In this document: positions 1 to 8,395 of the stretch, piece by piece
Numbering within the stretch: position 1 is the stretch's first letter
Layout of the letters: each line of letters starts with the position of its first letter
Assembly (NCBI GenBank): GCA_963832245.1
Contig: CAWHTG010000002.1
Span: forward strand, 886,011 to 910,010
DNA from: an uncultured Acidobacteriota bacterium
GTDB lineage: Bacteria; Acidobacteriota; Terriglobia; Terriglobales; Acidobacteriaceae
Reading direction: 5' to 3'
DNA: 24,000 bases
The notes under the pieces: generated by a model
Databases searched by the model: none
What the model saw: only the letters and a program-made list of their open reading frames with translations
What the model was told of the DNA's origin: nothing
Program-made: the position numbers and the translations under genes

Positions 1-244
1 CATTGAAGTCAGGCGGAATCGCCTCGAACGAAGCTTTGCGATATTCCAATCCGCCCAATTGCCGGATCAGCTCTTCGCCATACTGCGACATCTGGTCCAA
101 CAGCGGCTTAGGGAAGAAGCAAGGCGTCTCGGAAAGCTGAAAGTTGACGGGCACGCCGCAGCGCTCTTCCATCAACTTGAGAAAAGCGTGGTATTTCTCC
201 GGCGTGAAGTTCGCGTTGAACTGCTGTCGCAGGGCAGGAATCAT
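1..244 (-). CDS. partial CDS, 5' end only (81 codons, then runs off the window start); hypothetical protein
   Basis: Hand translation of the minus strand from the ATG at 244-242 gives MIPALRQQFNANFTPEKYHAFLKLMEERCGVPVNFQLSETPCFFPKPLLDQMSQYGEELIRQLGGLEYRKASFEAIPPDFN. There is no stop before position 1 and third positions are G/C-rich. It is absent from the ORF track because it is open-ended. It is co-directional with the M29 peptidase gene and 86 nt downstream of it. No family recognised and no clear SD. Confidence 0.5.
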   Translation of the reverse strand, partial: MIPALRQQFNANFTPEKYHAFLKLMEERCGVPVNFQLSETPCFFPKPLLDQMSQYGEELIRQLGGLEYRKASFEAIPPDFN

Positions 245-264
245 TGCGTTCTGTGCAATCTGTG

Positions 265-336
265 GAGACGTAGCTTGCTACGTCTCTACGGGCAGCGCCT
301 AACCGTTGCAAGCAACGTTTCTACGGGCGGTTAGGC
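265..336. repeat. twin REP-like palindromes, family A (GAGACGTAGC-TT-GCTACGTCTC then CGTTGC-AA-GCAACG, each followed by CTACGGG)
   Basis: Perfect 10-bp arms at 265-274/277-286. A second palindrome sits at 304-317, nested in an outer inverted repeat GCCTAACCG (297-305) / CGGTTAGGC (328-336) that overlaps the stop codon of the upstream gene. The same unit types recur at 6038-6101. Confidence 0.8.
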
Positions 337-1377
337 TTCCAGCAAGAACTTCCCATCCCGCATGATCTGTTCGTCGTCCACCCAAATGTCGAACTTCCTG
401 CCCACCACATCGATGTGCGTCGACGAATACCACTCCGCCCCAGTATGCGCGCCATAAGGATTGCCAAAGGCAATATGGACACCGGGATATTTCTCATCCT
501 GAAGAATCTGCCCAATCACATCCTTCAGTTCAATATTGGTGCCGATAGCAAATTCGCCCACGCGGTCGCTGTTCTCATCGGTGTGGGTATAGGCCCAGAA
601 ATCACTTTCCAGATCATGGTTCGCGGAATGAGCCTCGACCACGCGATTTGCCTTCACCCGAATGGTTAGCGGGTTCTCTCGCAAGCTGCCAAACTTTGCG
701 CAGAGCCAATCGCCCACCACGCCATCGATTACAAACGTGCCATTCACCTCGCCTGGAGTAGTGAAAACCTCTCCGCCCGGCAGGTTCCCCCATTTGTCCG
801 GGCTGATAATGCCGCTGGTTTTTACCCAACGATAATTCGGATTCAAATCGGCGACCAGATCGGTCCCTGCCGCCGTCCGAGCCCGAACCTGTTTCGCCCC
901 CCGCAGCATCTCGACCACCTTCACGCTGATGCGATCTACCTTGAGAAAGTCCGCCCGCATCCCCTCGAGCATGATCTGCCGGTTCACGTTTACCATGTGG
1001 GCATGGCGAATCCTGCGGCGGTTAACCACGTCCGTCATCTGCATGCGCGAACGCAATTCATTGGCCTGCACCTGCACCGCAAAGATGCTGACCTGGCTGG
1101 TCTCGAGATCCTCAATGATTTCGGAGGGCAGATCGCTAAGCGGCCGCGGCGCCAAGTCCTCCAGTGCCCACGCGCGATACGGAGCTCCCACAGCTTCCAG
1201 TTCGCGGACCATGCTGGCCGCGATTTCCTTGGTGGCCTCGTCGGTGATGACCGTGACTTTCTCCTCCGGCTGCACGCGCAAGCATACGTTTACCGCGTTG
1301 CGGGCTCCGGGAGAAAGTTCAGGATCGAATGGAATCGTATTAAACTTCCGGTTGGCTTCACTGACAGGAACGCTCAT
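331..1377 (-). CDS. aminopeptidase, M29 family (AmpS/PepS-like thermophilic metalloprotease)
   Basis: 348-aa ORF. The length and sequence pattern (NAVNVCLRV..., GGEVFTTP, FVIDG, EFAIGTN, VHIAFG) match my memory of the M29 aminopeptidase T/S family. Its start codon overlaps the stop of the upstream ligase by 1 nt (TAATG at 1375-1379). Confidence 0.8.
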   Translation of the reverse strand: MSVPVSEANRKFNTIPFDPELSPGARNAVNVCLRVQPEEKVTVITDEATKEIAASMVRELEAVGAPYRAWALEDLAPRPLSDLPSEIIEDLETSQVSIFAVQVQANELRSRMQMTDVVNRRRIRHAHMVNVNRQIMLEGMRADFLKVDRISVKVVEMLRGAKQVRARTAAGTDLVADLNPNYRWVKTSGIISPDKWGNLPGGEVFTTPGEVNGTFVIDGVVGDWLCAKFGSLRENPLTIRVKANRVVEAHSANHDLESDFWAYTHTDENSDRVGEFAIGTNIELKDVIGQILQDEKYPGVHIAFGNPYGAHTGAEWYSSTHIDVVGRKFDIWVDDEQIMRDGKFLLEA

Positions 1378-2519
1378 TACCCTACTTTTCTAGCGGAAGC
1401 CGCAACCGGCACATCGGTCACGCCCACTTCCGTCTCGTCGATAATGTAGTCCACCACTTTTTTCAGCTCGCCCGTCTCCTGAAACACGCGCAGCTGGCGA
1501 TCCGCCCCAGTTCCCATTTCCAGGATCTCGTGAATGTAGTTCAATTCCTCGCGCGAATCCAGTTCGTCCAGGACATCGTCCACAAACGCCAAATACTCCA
1601 GGATCAGTTCGCGCGCCGAAACTTCCTGCTGCTTTCCAAAATCAATCAACTTCCCAGCCAGCCCATAACGCGCAGCCCGCCACTTGTTCTCCATAATAAG
1701 GGCGCGGCGATAAAGCCGGAACCCGGTGTTCGCCGCATGAAGCTTATACAATTTGGCGATGGTTGCTTGGATGAGGGCAGCCAGGGCAATGGTTTCATCC
1801 ACCCGCATCGGAATATCGCAAACCCGGAACTCCAGCGTGTTAAAAAATGGGTGCGGGCGAATGTCCCACCAGATCTTTTTGGCGTTGTCGATGCAATTGG
1901 TCTTGATCAGCAGCTTAATGAAGTTTTCGTATTCTCCCCAGCTAGGGAAGTAATCCGGAATATTGGTTCGCGGGAACTTGTCGAAGACCTTGCACCGGTA
2001 CGACTTCAGCCCGGTGTTCATGCCCAGCCAAAAAGGAGAGTTGGTAGAAAGCGCCAGAATGTGCGGCACAAAATAGCGCGCGTGGTTCATCAACTGGATA
2101 GCAATTTCGCGATCTTCGACTCCGATGTGCACATGCAACCCAAAAATCAGATTCGCGCGCGCCACCAGTTGCATGTCCTCAACAATATTCTTGTAGCGCT
2201 CATCAGGAGTAATTTCCTGCACCCGCCAGTCGGCAAAAGGATGGGTCGCCGCCGAGGCCAGCCGCAGCCCATTATCTTTGGCCAGGGTAATCATGTCGTG
2301 CCGCAGCTTCTTAACCTCTGTCTTGGCGTCTTTAATGTTGTGGCAGACCGAAGTCCCCACCTCGACCACCGCCTGGTGCAGTTCCGCCTTGACCCGCTCC
2401 TGCAAGCGCATCCGCCCTTGTTCCATCATCTCGGTGTGGATGTGTGAGCGCAGATCGCGCGAAACCGGATCGACGGTCTGATATTCCTCTTCGATCCCGA
2501 TAGTAAAGGTAGGTCTCAT
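1377..2519 (-). CDS. carboxylate-amine ligase, YbdK / glutamate-cysteine ligase family 2 (GCS2)
   Basis: 380-aa ORF. The N-terminal FTIGIEEEYQTVD motif, GLHVHIGV, and overall length are typical of the YbdK/GCS2 family. Confidence 0.85.
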   Translation of the reverse strand: MRPTFTIGIEEEYQTVDPVSRDLRSHIHTEMMEQGRMRLQERVKAELHQAVVEVGTSVCHNIKDAKTEVKKLRHDMITLAKDNGLRLASAATHPFADWRVQEITPDERYKNIVEDMQLVARANLIFGLHVHIGVEDREIAIQLMNHARYFVPHILALSTNSPFWLGMNTGLKSYRCKVFDKFPRTNIPDYFPSWGEYENFIKLLIKTNCIDNAKKIWWDIRPHPFFNTLEFRVCDIPMRVDETIALAALIQATIAKLYKLHAANTGFRLYRRALIMENKWRAARYGLAGKLIDFGKQQEVSARELILEYLAFVDDVLDELDSREELNYIHEILEMGTGADRQLRVFQETGELKKVVDYIIDETEVGVTDVPVAASARKVG

Positions 2520-2844
2520 GCTCAGAAGGGCAGCCAGCCGAGCATAAGTATAACAATGAGACGAGAATTAATCCCGATGTTTTGTGCCGGGTTCAGATAT
2601 AACAGTTCGAACTCGACCCTGCCGACAGGGTTGGCAAGGCTCAACGTATCGGACACAGACCGGTATCCGAAGCGGGGGATTTTGAGTGTAATGGGGATTT
2701 ATCGCCAATTACGGCGTCGGTGGCTTGCTAGTTGACCTGCGTCAGAACTCTGGGTTTAAGCAGGAGATCGCCTTTTACCCCTGCTACCGGCGTAAGATCA
2801 AAGGCAGAATACTTGCGGTAAGCCGACCGTGGGGCTGTGATGAA

Positions 2845-3507
2845 ATGATCAAACATGGAGCGGCAGTAGTTCTATTGCTAAACGCATGTCTCGCATATGC
2901 TGCGACTGGCAGGATCAGCGGAACTGTGGTGGATGAATACGGCAATCCGGTGCCGCACGTGATCCTCGAAGCGTTGCCCGAGAACGTGGAACTCGTGCAA
3001 ACGATGTCGAAGGCGATTACCGACGCGAATGGATGGTTTGTACTTCGAGTAGATGCGGGACGCGGACCTGACGGAAGGCACTGGTCCGTGTATCCGAGTA
3101 AGCCGACGAGCTATTTTCGCTGGAGCTTGATCGATGGCCGCACAGGTGACAGTCATGGGCAAGAAGTTACGCTCACGCCCCAAGCTCCCGACGCTACAGT
3201 TCAATTGCGGCTTGACCGCAGAGTCGCTTTGTTGAAGGGTCAAGTTACCGATGCAGTGACTGGCGTTCCTTTAAGGCCACAATTCGAGTTGTCATGGGCT
3301 TCGCACCCGATCGCCGCAATGCGTGAATCTACGCTGAGCCTTTACCGCATTTCGCTTCCGGCTGACATCGAGATAACTGTGCAGGTCACTTCCCCCGGGT
3401 ACAAACAGTGGTCGTACCCAGGCACGATTCGCGTCAGATCGGGCCAAGAAATAACGCTCGACATACAGATGGAATCAGAGACGACTGCGGCACTAGCCAG
3501 ACCGTAA
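2845..3507 (+). CDS. secreted carboxypeptidase-regulatory-like (CarboxypepD_reg) domain protein
   Basis: The internal ATG at 2845 gives MIKHGAAVVLLLNACLAYAATG (signal peptide). It is followed by RISGTVVDEYGNPVPHVILEA, and a second LLKGQVTDAVTGVPL module follows; both are typical CarboxypepD_reg beta-sandwich starts. The track ORF begins at 2725, but that extension has no signal-peptide logic. Confidence 0.65.
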   Translation: MIKHGAAVVLLLNACLAYAATGRISGTVVDEYGNPVPHVILEALPENVELVQTMSKAITDANGWFVLRVDAGRGPDGRHWSVYPSKPTSYFRWSLIDGRTGDSHGQEVTLTPQAPDATVQLRLDRRVALLKGQVTDAVTGVPLRPQFELSWASHPIAAMRESTLSLYRISLPADIEITVQVTSPGYKQWSYPGTIRVRSGQEITLDIQMESETTAALARP

Positions 3508-3861
3508 ACTTCGCGAGGCGGCACGAAACTGATTTCAGTCTTTCCGTCCAGATTTCTTCTCGATAGATTGGAGTGCTATTCGTGCCTTCTCGGGCATGAG
3601 TTTCCGTTTGGTTTTCAACTGGCGAAACCAGGCGATAGCGCTCAAAATCCCTCAATGAGCGTTATGGAGGTTTATCCACCAGTTGAGATGGTTGCCTAGC
3701 GGTTGGCGACTGCTTGCCTTAGGTGCGAACGTGTAATCTTATCTCGGTAATTCCGTATTTCCCTGTTTTCGCTGCCATCGTGTCAGCTCCCGGTTATACT
3801 TTTCGCGGGGACGCGGGCCACGCTCCAGTGGCAGCGCAGAAGCACGGAACAGGGGCAAATT

Positions 3862-4815
3862 ATGAGCACCCGAGTAGCCAACGAAGTTTCGCGGCGTCAG
3901 TTTTTGATTTCGAGTGGGGTCGCGGTTGCGGCGGCGTGTCTCACTCCACCCCGACTCTTTGCGCAGAAAGGCCTGGTTGAAATCGCTCTAAAGGAATCCG
4001 CCACAGCCAAGGTCACGGTGCAGGTGCTTCGGCGCAATATCAGCGTCCTGCTTGGCCCCGGTGGAAACATCGCCGTTCTTACTGGTCAGGACGGAAAGCT
4101 TCTCGTCGATGCCGAAGTCGTCACCGCGCGGCCGAACGTTACGGCGGCTCTCGCCAGCATCAATGCGGACCCCATCAAGCAACTCATCAACACGCACTGG
4201 CACTTCGATCACACCGGCGGAAACGAGTGGGTGCACCAGGCAGGCGCAAGCATTTTGGCTCACGAGAATACCCGCAAACGTCTTTCGGTGGACACGCGCG
4301 TGGAGGGCTGGGTTTACACATTTCCGGCCGCGCCCGCCGGAGCCATCCCCACAACTGCTTTTCAGGACGAGCACACGGTTTACTTCAACGGTTCGACCCT
4401 CGCCCTCAAGCACTACACCCCAGCTCATACCGATTCGGACATCTCAGTACACTTCACCGAGGCTGATGTTTTGCACACCGGAGACACGTTCTGGAATCGC
4501 GAGTATCCTTTTATCGACTACTCGACCGGAGGCAGCATCGATGGTCAGATTCGTGCAGCGGAAGCGAACCTTGCGAAGGCGAGCGCAACTACAGTCGTGA
4601 TTCCAGGCCATGGCAAGGTCGGGGGGAAAGCCGACCTAACGTTGTTTCGCGATGTGCTAATCGAGGCGCGAGAGAAAGTCGCCAGGTTCAAGAAGCAGGG
4701 CAGGACCGTGGAAGAGGTGATCTCAGCCAAACCGACCGCCGCCTATGATGCGGAGTGGGGACAGGGCTTTCAGAGTCCCAAGTCGTTCTTGGGATGGGTG
4801 TATCAGGGTGTCTGA
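3862..4815 (+). CDS. MBL-fold metallo-hydrolase with twin-arginine (Tat) signal
   Basis: SRRQFLISSGVAVAAACL Tat-type leader. HWHFDHTGG (HxHxDH) metal motif, with later H/D ligand positions (PAHTDSD, HTGD, PGHG). AGGGG SD-like sequence 7 nt upstream of the ATG. Confidence 0.85.
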   Translation: MSTRVANEVSRRQFLISSGVAVAAACLTPPRLFAQKGLVEIALKESATAKVTVQVLRRNISVLLGPGGNIAVLTGQDGKLLVDAEVVTARPNVTAALASINADPIKQLINTHWHFDHTGGNEWVHQAGASILAHENTRKRLSVDTRVEGWVYTFPAAPAGAIPTTAFQDEHTVYFNGSTLALKHYTPAHTDSDISVHFTEADVLHTGDTFWNREYPFIDYSTGGSIDGQIRAAEANLAKASATTVVIPGHGKVGGKADLTLFRDVLIEAREKVARFKKQGRTVEEVISAKPTAAYDAEWGQGFQSPKSFLGWVYQGV

Positions 4816-4985
4816 ATACAGTATCGGCCAGCGTTGTGCCCGTCAACGCGAGCAATCGCGATAACGTCCGGAAGTAGCTGTTGTAAGCAGGCTTTTACGC
4901 AACTTTGCGCGGTTTGTTCGCCCCTTAACGATTACGCCTAAAAACCCTGTTGCGGCCTGACAGTAGCGACCCTATCCGGCATCTT

Positions 4986-5018
4986 GCCCGTCCAGCCGGG
5001 CGAGGAGGCCCGGCCTCC
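4986..5018. repeat. interspersed repeat family G (GCCCGTCCAGCCGG core) plus GGAGGCC-C-GGCCTCC palindrome
   Basis: The 14-nt core at 4986-4999 is identical to 6887-6900, and both are followed by CTCCGAG. The palindrome lies at 5004-5018, between the convergent MBL and ATP-grasp genes. Confidence 0.6.
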
Positions 5019-5030
5019 GAGATCTCGGAC

Positions 5031-6020
5031 TCAGGCCTGGGCCCGCTTCCGAGCCGGAGCCTTCGTCATCGGCGCTTGCACAGGCGGTTCTCCGGCCAAG
5101 AATGCTGACCACTTCAACTCGCAGGCCGGATCCTCTTCGCTAAGCGCCTTTTTTACAGCCATTTCGGCGACAGCATTCACCACCCACTCGAAGTTTGCCT
5201 GACCCACGGAAGTAGCCTCCGCATCGGGCGCCGGATTCATAAAGTCAATGGCATAAGGAATCCCATCCTCGACCGCAAACTCAACCGTGTTGAGATCATA
5301 GCCCAGCGCCCGGCAGAGCGTGAGCGCATCGCGCTCCACGCGGTCCAGCAACTTGTCGTCGGCAGGAACCGGATTCCGCACATACCGGTCATGAAACGGC
5401 AGCCGGGGATCGTAATACATGATCCGCACCTTCTCCTGCCCAACCACATAACAGCGGAAGTACTCCTTGAACTCCACTCCATGCTGCAAAGTCATGCACA
5501 GGTCGCCGGTCTGGTTGTAATGGTGAAAGAATTCCTCCGGCGAGTGCACCTTATAAACGTGCTTCCAGCCTCCGCCGGAGTACGGCTTCAGAAACGCCGG
5601 GAAGCCGACATACTCGAAAATTTCCTCCCAATTCAAAGGAAAGATCAAATTGCGCATGGACCTGTCCGTCGTTCCCTCGGGATGCTTGTTGTGGGGCAAG
5701 ATGACTGTAGGCGGAATCGCCACGCCCAGCTTGCTCCCCAGCGCGTAATTGAAGAACTTGTCATCCGCCGTCCACCAGAAAGGGTTGTTGACCACGATAG
5801 TCCCGGTCAACGCAGCGTTCTTCAAATAAGCCCGATAAAAAGGAATATCCTGCGAAATCCGGTCAATGATCACCCGATACCCGCTAGGGTCCGCCATCTT
5901 CACCCCGCCCAGCTTCACAAACTCAGCCGTCACGCCATCGACCTTCATGCCGTTGATCTTCTCCACCACAGCCGGCGGAAAAGTATTTTCCATCCCAAAC
6001 AAGATTCCAATTTTCTTCAT
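5031..6020 (-). CDS. ATP-grasp domain protein (amide-bond ligase type)
   Basis: Start moved to the ATG at 6020 (MKKIGILFG), which has a GGAGA SD 6-8 nt upstream. GFPAFLKPYSGGGWKHVYKV and EFAVEDGIPYAIDFMNPAPD resemble the ATP-grasp nucleotide-binding and C-terminal Mg/ATP motifs. Confidence 0.7.
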   Translation of the reverse strand: MKKIGILFGMENTFPPAVVEKINGMKVDGVTAEFVKLGGVKMADPSGYRVIIDRISQDIPFYRAYLKNAALTGTIVVNNPFWWTADDKFFNYALGSKLGVAIPPTVILPHNKHPEGTTDRSMRNLIFPLNWEEIFEYVGFPAFLKPYSGGGWKHVYKVHSPEEFFHHYNQTGDLCMTLQHGVEFKEYFRCYVVGQEKVRIMYYDPRLPFHDRYVRNPVPADDKLLDRVERDALTLCRALGYDLNTVEFAVEDGIPYAIDFMNPAPDAEATSVGQANFEWVVNAVAEMAVKKALSEEDPACELKWSAFLAGEPPVQAPMTKAPARKRAQA

Positions 6021-6037
6021 CAGCGATTCTCCTGTAC

Positions 6038-6101
6038 AGACGTTGCTTGCAACGTCTCTTTCCATGCGAGACCAAGACGTAGCAAGCTACGTCTCTACGG
6101 G
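6038..6101. repeat. twin REP-like palindromes, family A
   Basis: AGACGTTGC-TT-GCAACGTCT at 6038-6057 and AGACGTAGC-AA-GCTACGTCT + CTACGGG at 6075-6101. Together they fill the 84-nt spacer between the esterase stop (6105) and the ATP-grasp start (6020). Confidence 0.8.
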
Positions 6102-6104
6102 TCC

Positions 6105-6815
6105 CTAGAAGTACTTCCCCGCCATCCTTTCCCACAACGGCCAATCGTGCTTCAAATTATCGCCCCACACATCCAGCCAATGTGGAACTCCCTTCTGATG
6201 CAGCACCGCCGACAGCTTCACATTCTGATCCAAACACATGTCCCAGTGTGCCGATCCCAGCACGATCTGCATCTGCCGGTAGCGGCTCAGAAACCACTCA
6301 TCATTCATATTCGGCAAATAATCCGCCGGGCAATTGAAATAACAATCGTCGTCGTAGTACCCATCCAGAAACTGGTGAATGTCATACGCCCCGCTCATGG
6401 CTACGCAATGGGTCACCACATCCGGATGCTTCAACGAAAAGTTCACCGCATGATACCCGCCAAAGCTGCATCCAGTCACCGCCAGCCGTGGCGACTGATT
6501 CTTCCAGCGCAAGAACGGAAGAAATTCGTGCAGAATGTAGCGCTCATACTGCAAATGCCGCAGCACGCGCTGGCGCGGATGAATGCTCTTGTTGTACCAG
6601 CTCTCGGTATCCACGGCATCGGGACAAAATATCTGTAACTCACCACTTTCAATCTTCGGCGCCAGCACCCCAATCATGCCACGATCTTCATACTCAAAGA
6701 ACTTCCCCATCGAAGTCGGAAACACCAACAGCGGCGAGCCCCCGTGTCCGAAGACCAGCACATCCATGTCGCGACGAAGTTCCTGACTATACCCTCGATG
6801 ATATTCGCGGTTCAT
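6105..6815 (-). CDS. esterase family protein (alpha/beta hydrolase, PF00756-like)
   Basis: 236-aa ORF with a GCSFGG nucleophile elbow (GxSxG) and a late conserved H (LKHDWPLW). Its size and pattern fit the 'putative esterase' family that is often found next to ATP-grasp genes. Confidence 0.75.
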   Translation of the reverse strand: MNREYHRGYSQELRRDMDVLVFGHGGSPLLVFPTSMGKFFEYEDRGMIGVLAPKIESGELQIFCPDAVDTESWYNKSIHPRQRVLRHLQYERYILHEFLPFLRWKNQSPRLAVTGCSFGGYHAVNFSLKHPDVVTHCVAMSGAYDIHQFLDGYYDDDCYFNCPADYLPNMNDEWFLSRYRQMQIVLGSAHWDMCLDQNVKLSAVLHQKGVPHWLDVWGDNLKHDWPLWERMAGKYF

Positions 6816-6859
6816 TTCTCAGCAGTACAAAATGCCGAAATATCTTACCTGATTCCGCT

Positions 6860-6915
6860 ACCGGCTGTGTGGGGACTGGGCGACTCGCCCGTCCAGCCGG
6901 AACCAAGCTCCGAGC
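6860..6915. repeat. interspersed repeat family G copy
   Basis: GTGGGGACTGGGCGACTCGCCCGTCCAGCCGGAACCAAGCTCCGAGCG. It shares the GCCCGTCCAGCCGG core and the CTCCGAG motif with 4986-5021. Confidence 0.6.
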
Positions 6916-6973
6916 GTTAGTCCACAAAAAAGCCCGCCTCCAAAGAGGCGGGCTGCGTAGAAACGCTCAAAGC

Positions 6974-8077
6974 TTAGCTGCCGTTCGAACACACAGACAG
7001 CGACGAGTTTCCCTGGAAGCTCAGCCACCCATTCACCGACGTGCTCGTCGGCGCCCCAAAATAGGGCAGGGTGACCAGATCCTGCAAGTTGTAAGTAAAG
7101 CCGTTCACCGTGTAGGGGAAGCCTCCATAATTCGCCTCGCCCTCCAACGGATCGCCCACTTCCAGAATTCCGCACGGCGTGTTGTTGCCATTGACGTTGA
7201 CCACCAGCGGGTCGTCCGCCCACTCGCCGGTTTCATGCGACAACGCCGAAACATCCTGCGCAAAGTCGCCCGGATGGTCGACATAAGTGAAATGCGCATA
7301 GGCTTGCGGATTGCTGATGCTGCCTTCCGAGCTGTGATAGCCGCCAATACAGCATTGCCCGTTCTGCGTGAGGTAAACGTCGTAGGTAAGGAAGACAGGG
7401 AAGGTGTTGGGCTGAATCTGGGTGAACTTGGTGATCAGGCTCTGCACCTGCGCGTCAAAATAGTTGATATCCACCAGTCCCGCCTTGAACCCAAATACCG
7501 TTCCCGTTTTTCCGTAGCGCGAAGACGGACTCAGCGTCTGTTCCGCCAGCACCGTTGGTCCGCCCAATAGCAGGTGGTAGTTCGAATTGCTCTGCACCGT
7601 GCCCCAGAAATTCGCCCGTTGAAAAGCATCAATATACTGAGTCGTGCCCACGTTCACTCCACCTTGAACGTAGGTTGTGCTGGCATTGAAAATCGGCGAT
7701 ACCACGGTATTATTGGTCACCGTCCTTCCGTTCGACAGCACGTGAGACGGGTCATATGTAGTCTTCGCTCCCGTCCTTGACGTAATCACCACCTTCAGCG
7801 GAATGATATAAACCTGAACCGTAGTCGACGTATTGGTCGAAGGCGCGGTGCCGACCATGTTGTAGCTGTAATTCGTTCCCTGATAGTTAAAGGAGCCATT
7901 CCAGGTCTGCAACGAAGCTGGTGGCGCGACCACGTCATAGCGCAGCCGCGGCGGCAGAACTACGTATCGACCCTTTGGCTGTACCTGACTATCCTGACCT
8001 GAGGCAATTCCGGCTAGGCAAGCGCAGACCAGCACTGTGGTCCCAACCAGTAAACTGAGGCGTGCAAAAGTCTTCAT
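6974..8077 (-). CDS. secreted hypothetical protein
   Basis: 367-aa ORF. Signal peptide MKTFARLSLLVGTTVLVCACLAGIASG and a strong AAGGAGAG SD. Asn/Thr/Ser-rich beta-type composition. Conserved-looking CCIGGYH and SHETGEWADDP motifs. No family recognised. Confidence 0.75.
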   Translation of the reverse strand: MKTFARLSLLVGTTVLVCACLAGIASGQDSQVQPKGRYVVLPPRLRYDVVAPPASLQTWNGSFNYQGTNYSYNMVGTAPSTNTSTTVQVYIIPLKVVITSRTGAKTTYDPSHVLSNGRTVTNNTVVSPIFNASTTYVQGGVNVGTTQYIDAFQRANFWGTVQSNSNYHLLLGGPTVLAEQTLSPSSRYGKTGTVFGFKAGLVDINYFDAQVQSLITKFTQIQPNTFPVFLTYDVYLTQNGQCCIGGYHSSEGSISNPQAYAHFTYVDHPGDFAQDVSALSHETGEWADDPLVVNVNGNNTPCGILEVGDPLEGEANYGGFPYTVNGFTYNLQDLVTLPYFGAPTSTSVNGWLSFQGNSSLSVCSNGS

Positions 8078-8190
8078 AGTTTTTCGAACTCTCCTTTAGG
8101 AATTGGCGTAGTGGCGGATGAACATCTCTGAACTTGTCAAAGTTCATGGTGCTCCAGAGGGAGAGGTGCTGTCAGGAGCAGCCGTTCAGA

Positions 8191-8226
8191 ATTTTGAATC
8201 TGCTTGTTGACGAATGTCAATGTCAA
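8191..8226 (-). promoter_or_regulatory. candidate sigma70 promoter for the 6974-8077 gene
   Basis: The minus strand reads TTGACATTGACA (two overlapping -35 hexamers at 8215-8226), then an 18-nt spacer, then CAAAAT (8191-8196). Confidence 0.35.
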
Positions 8227-8307
8227 TCGGCTAATTTAGCTACCCACCTTTTCAAATCAGGACACTTAGCCGATTTTTCGCCCGCGACAGCTGTCTAAAT
8301 TCGAGAC

Positions 8308-8362
8308 AGATGTAGGCGCCGAGCGTCCAGATGTAGGCGCGAGCCTCCACCCTCGTGCAGCG
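8308..8362. repeat. interspersed repeat family B, 1.6 tandem copies (AGATGTAGGCGCGAGCGTCCACGCTCGTGCAGCG type)
   Basis: Truncated copy at 8308-8328, followed by a diverged full copy at 8329-8362. It has the same orientation as the copies at 9885-9918 and 10658-10683. Confidence 0.75.
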
Positions 8363-8395
8363 TCATTGGCAGCTAATGTCGAGCCAGGTTTTTCC

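Noticed and set aside
2725-2844. N-terminal 40-codon extension of the CarboxypepD_reg ORF. The 20567-21991 ORF has a similar 61-codon extension, and the 5031-6065 and 8396-9844 ORFs have shorter ones.
   Set aside because: Internal ATGs give proper signal or Tat leaders and are preceded by SD sequences. The extensions run through intergenic repeats or lack coding character.
3434-3655. 73-aa minus-strand ORF in and beside the 3' end of the CarboxypepD_reg gene.
   Set aside because: It overlaps the supported plus-strand CDS, and it has no SD or recognisable motif. The remaining intergenic part is too short to support a gene call.
5391-6638. 415-aa plus-strand ORF overlapping the ATP-grasp and esterase genes. 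Similar long shadow ORFs occur at 1530-2447 (+), 6488-7570 (+), 929-1449 (+), 21024-21719 (-), 22193-23026 (-) and 3988-4428 (-).
   Set aside because: Each lies antisense to, or out of frame with, an ORF that has clear family motifs. Their translations are Arg/His/Pro/Gln-rich with no motifs, which is typical of shadow ORFs in high-GC DNA.
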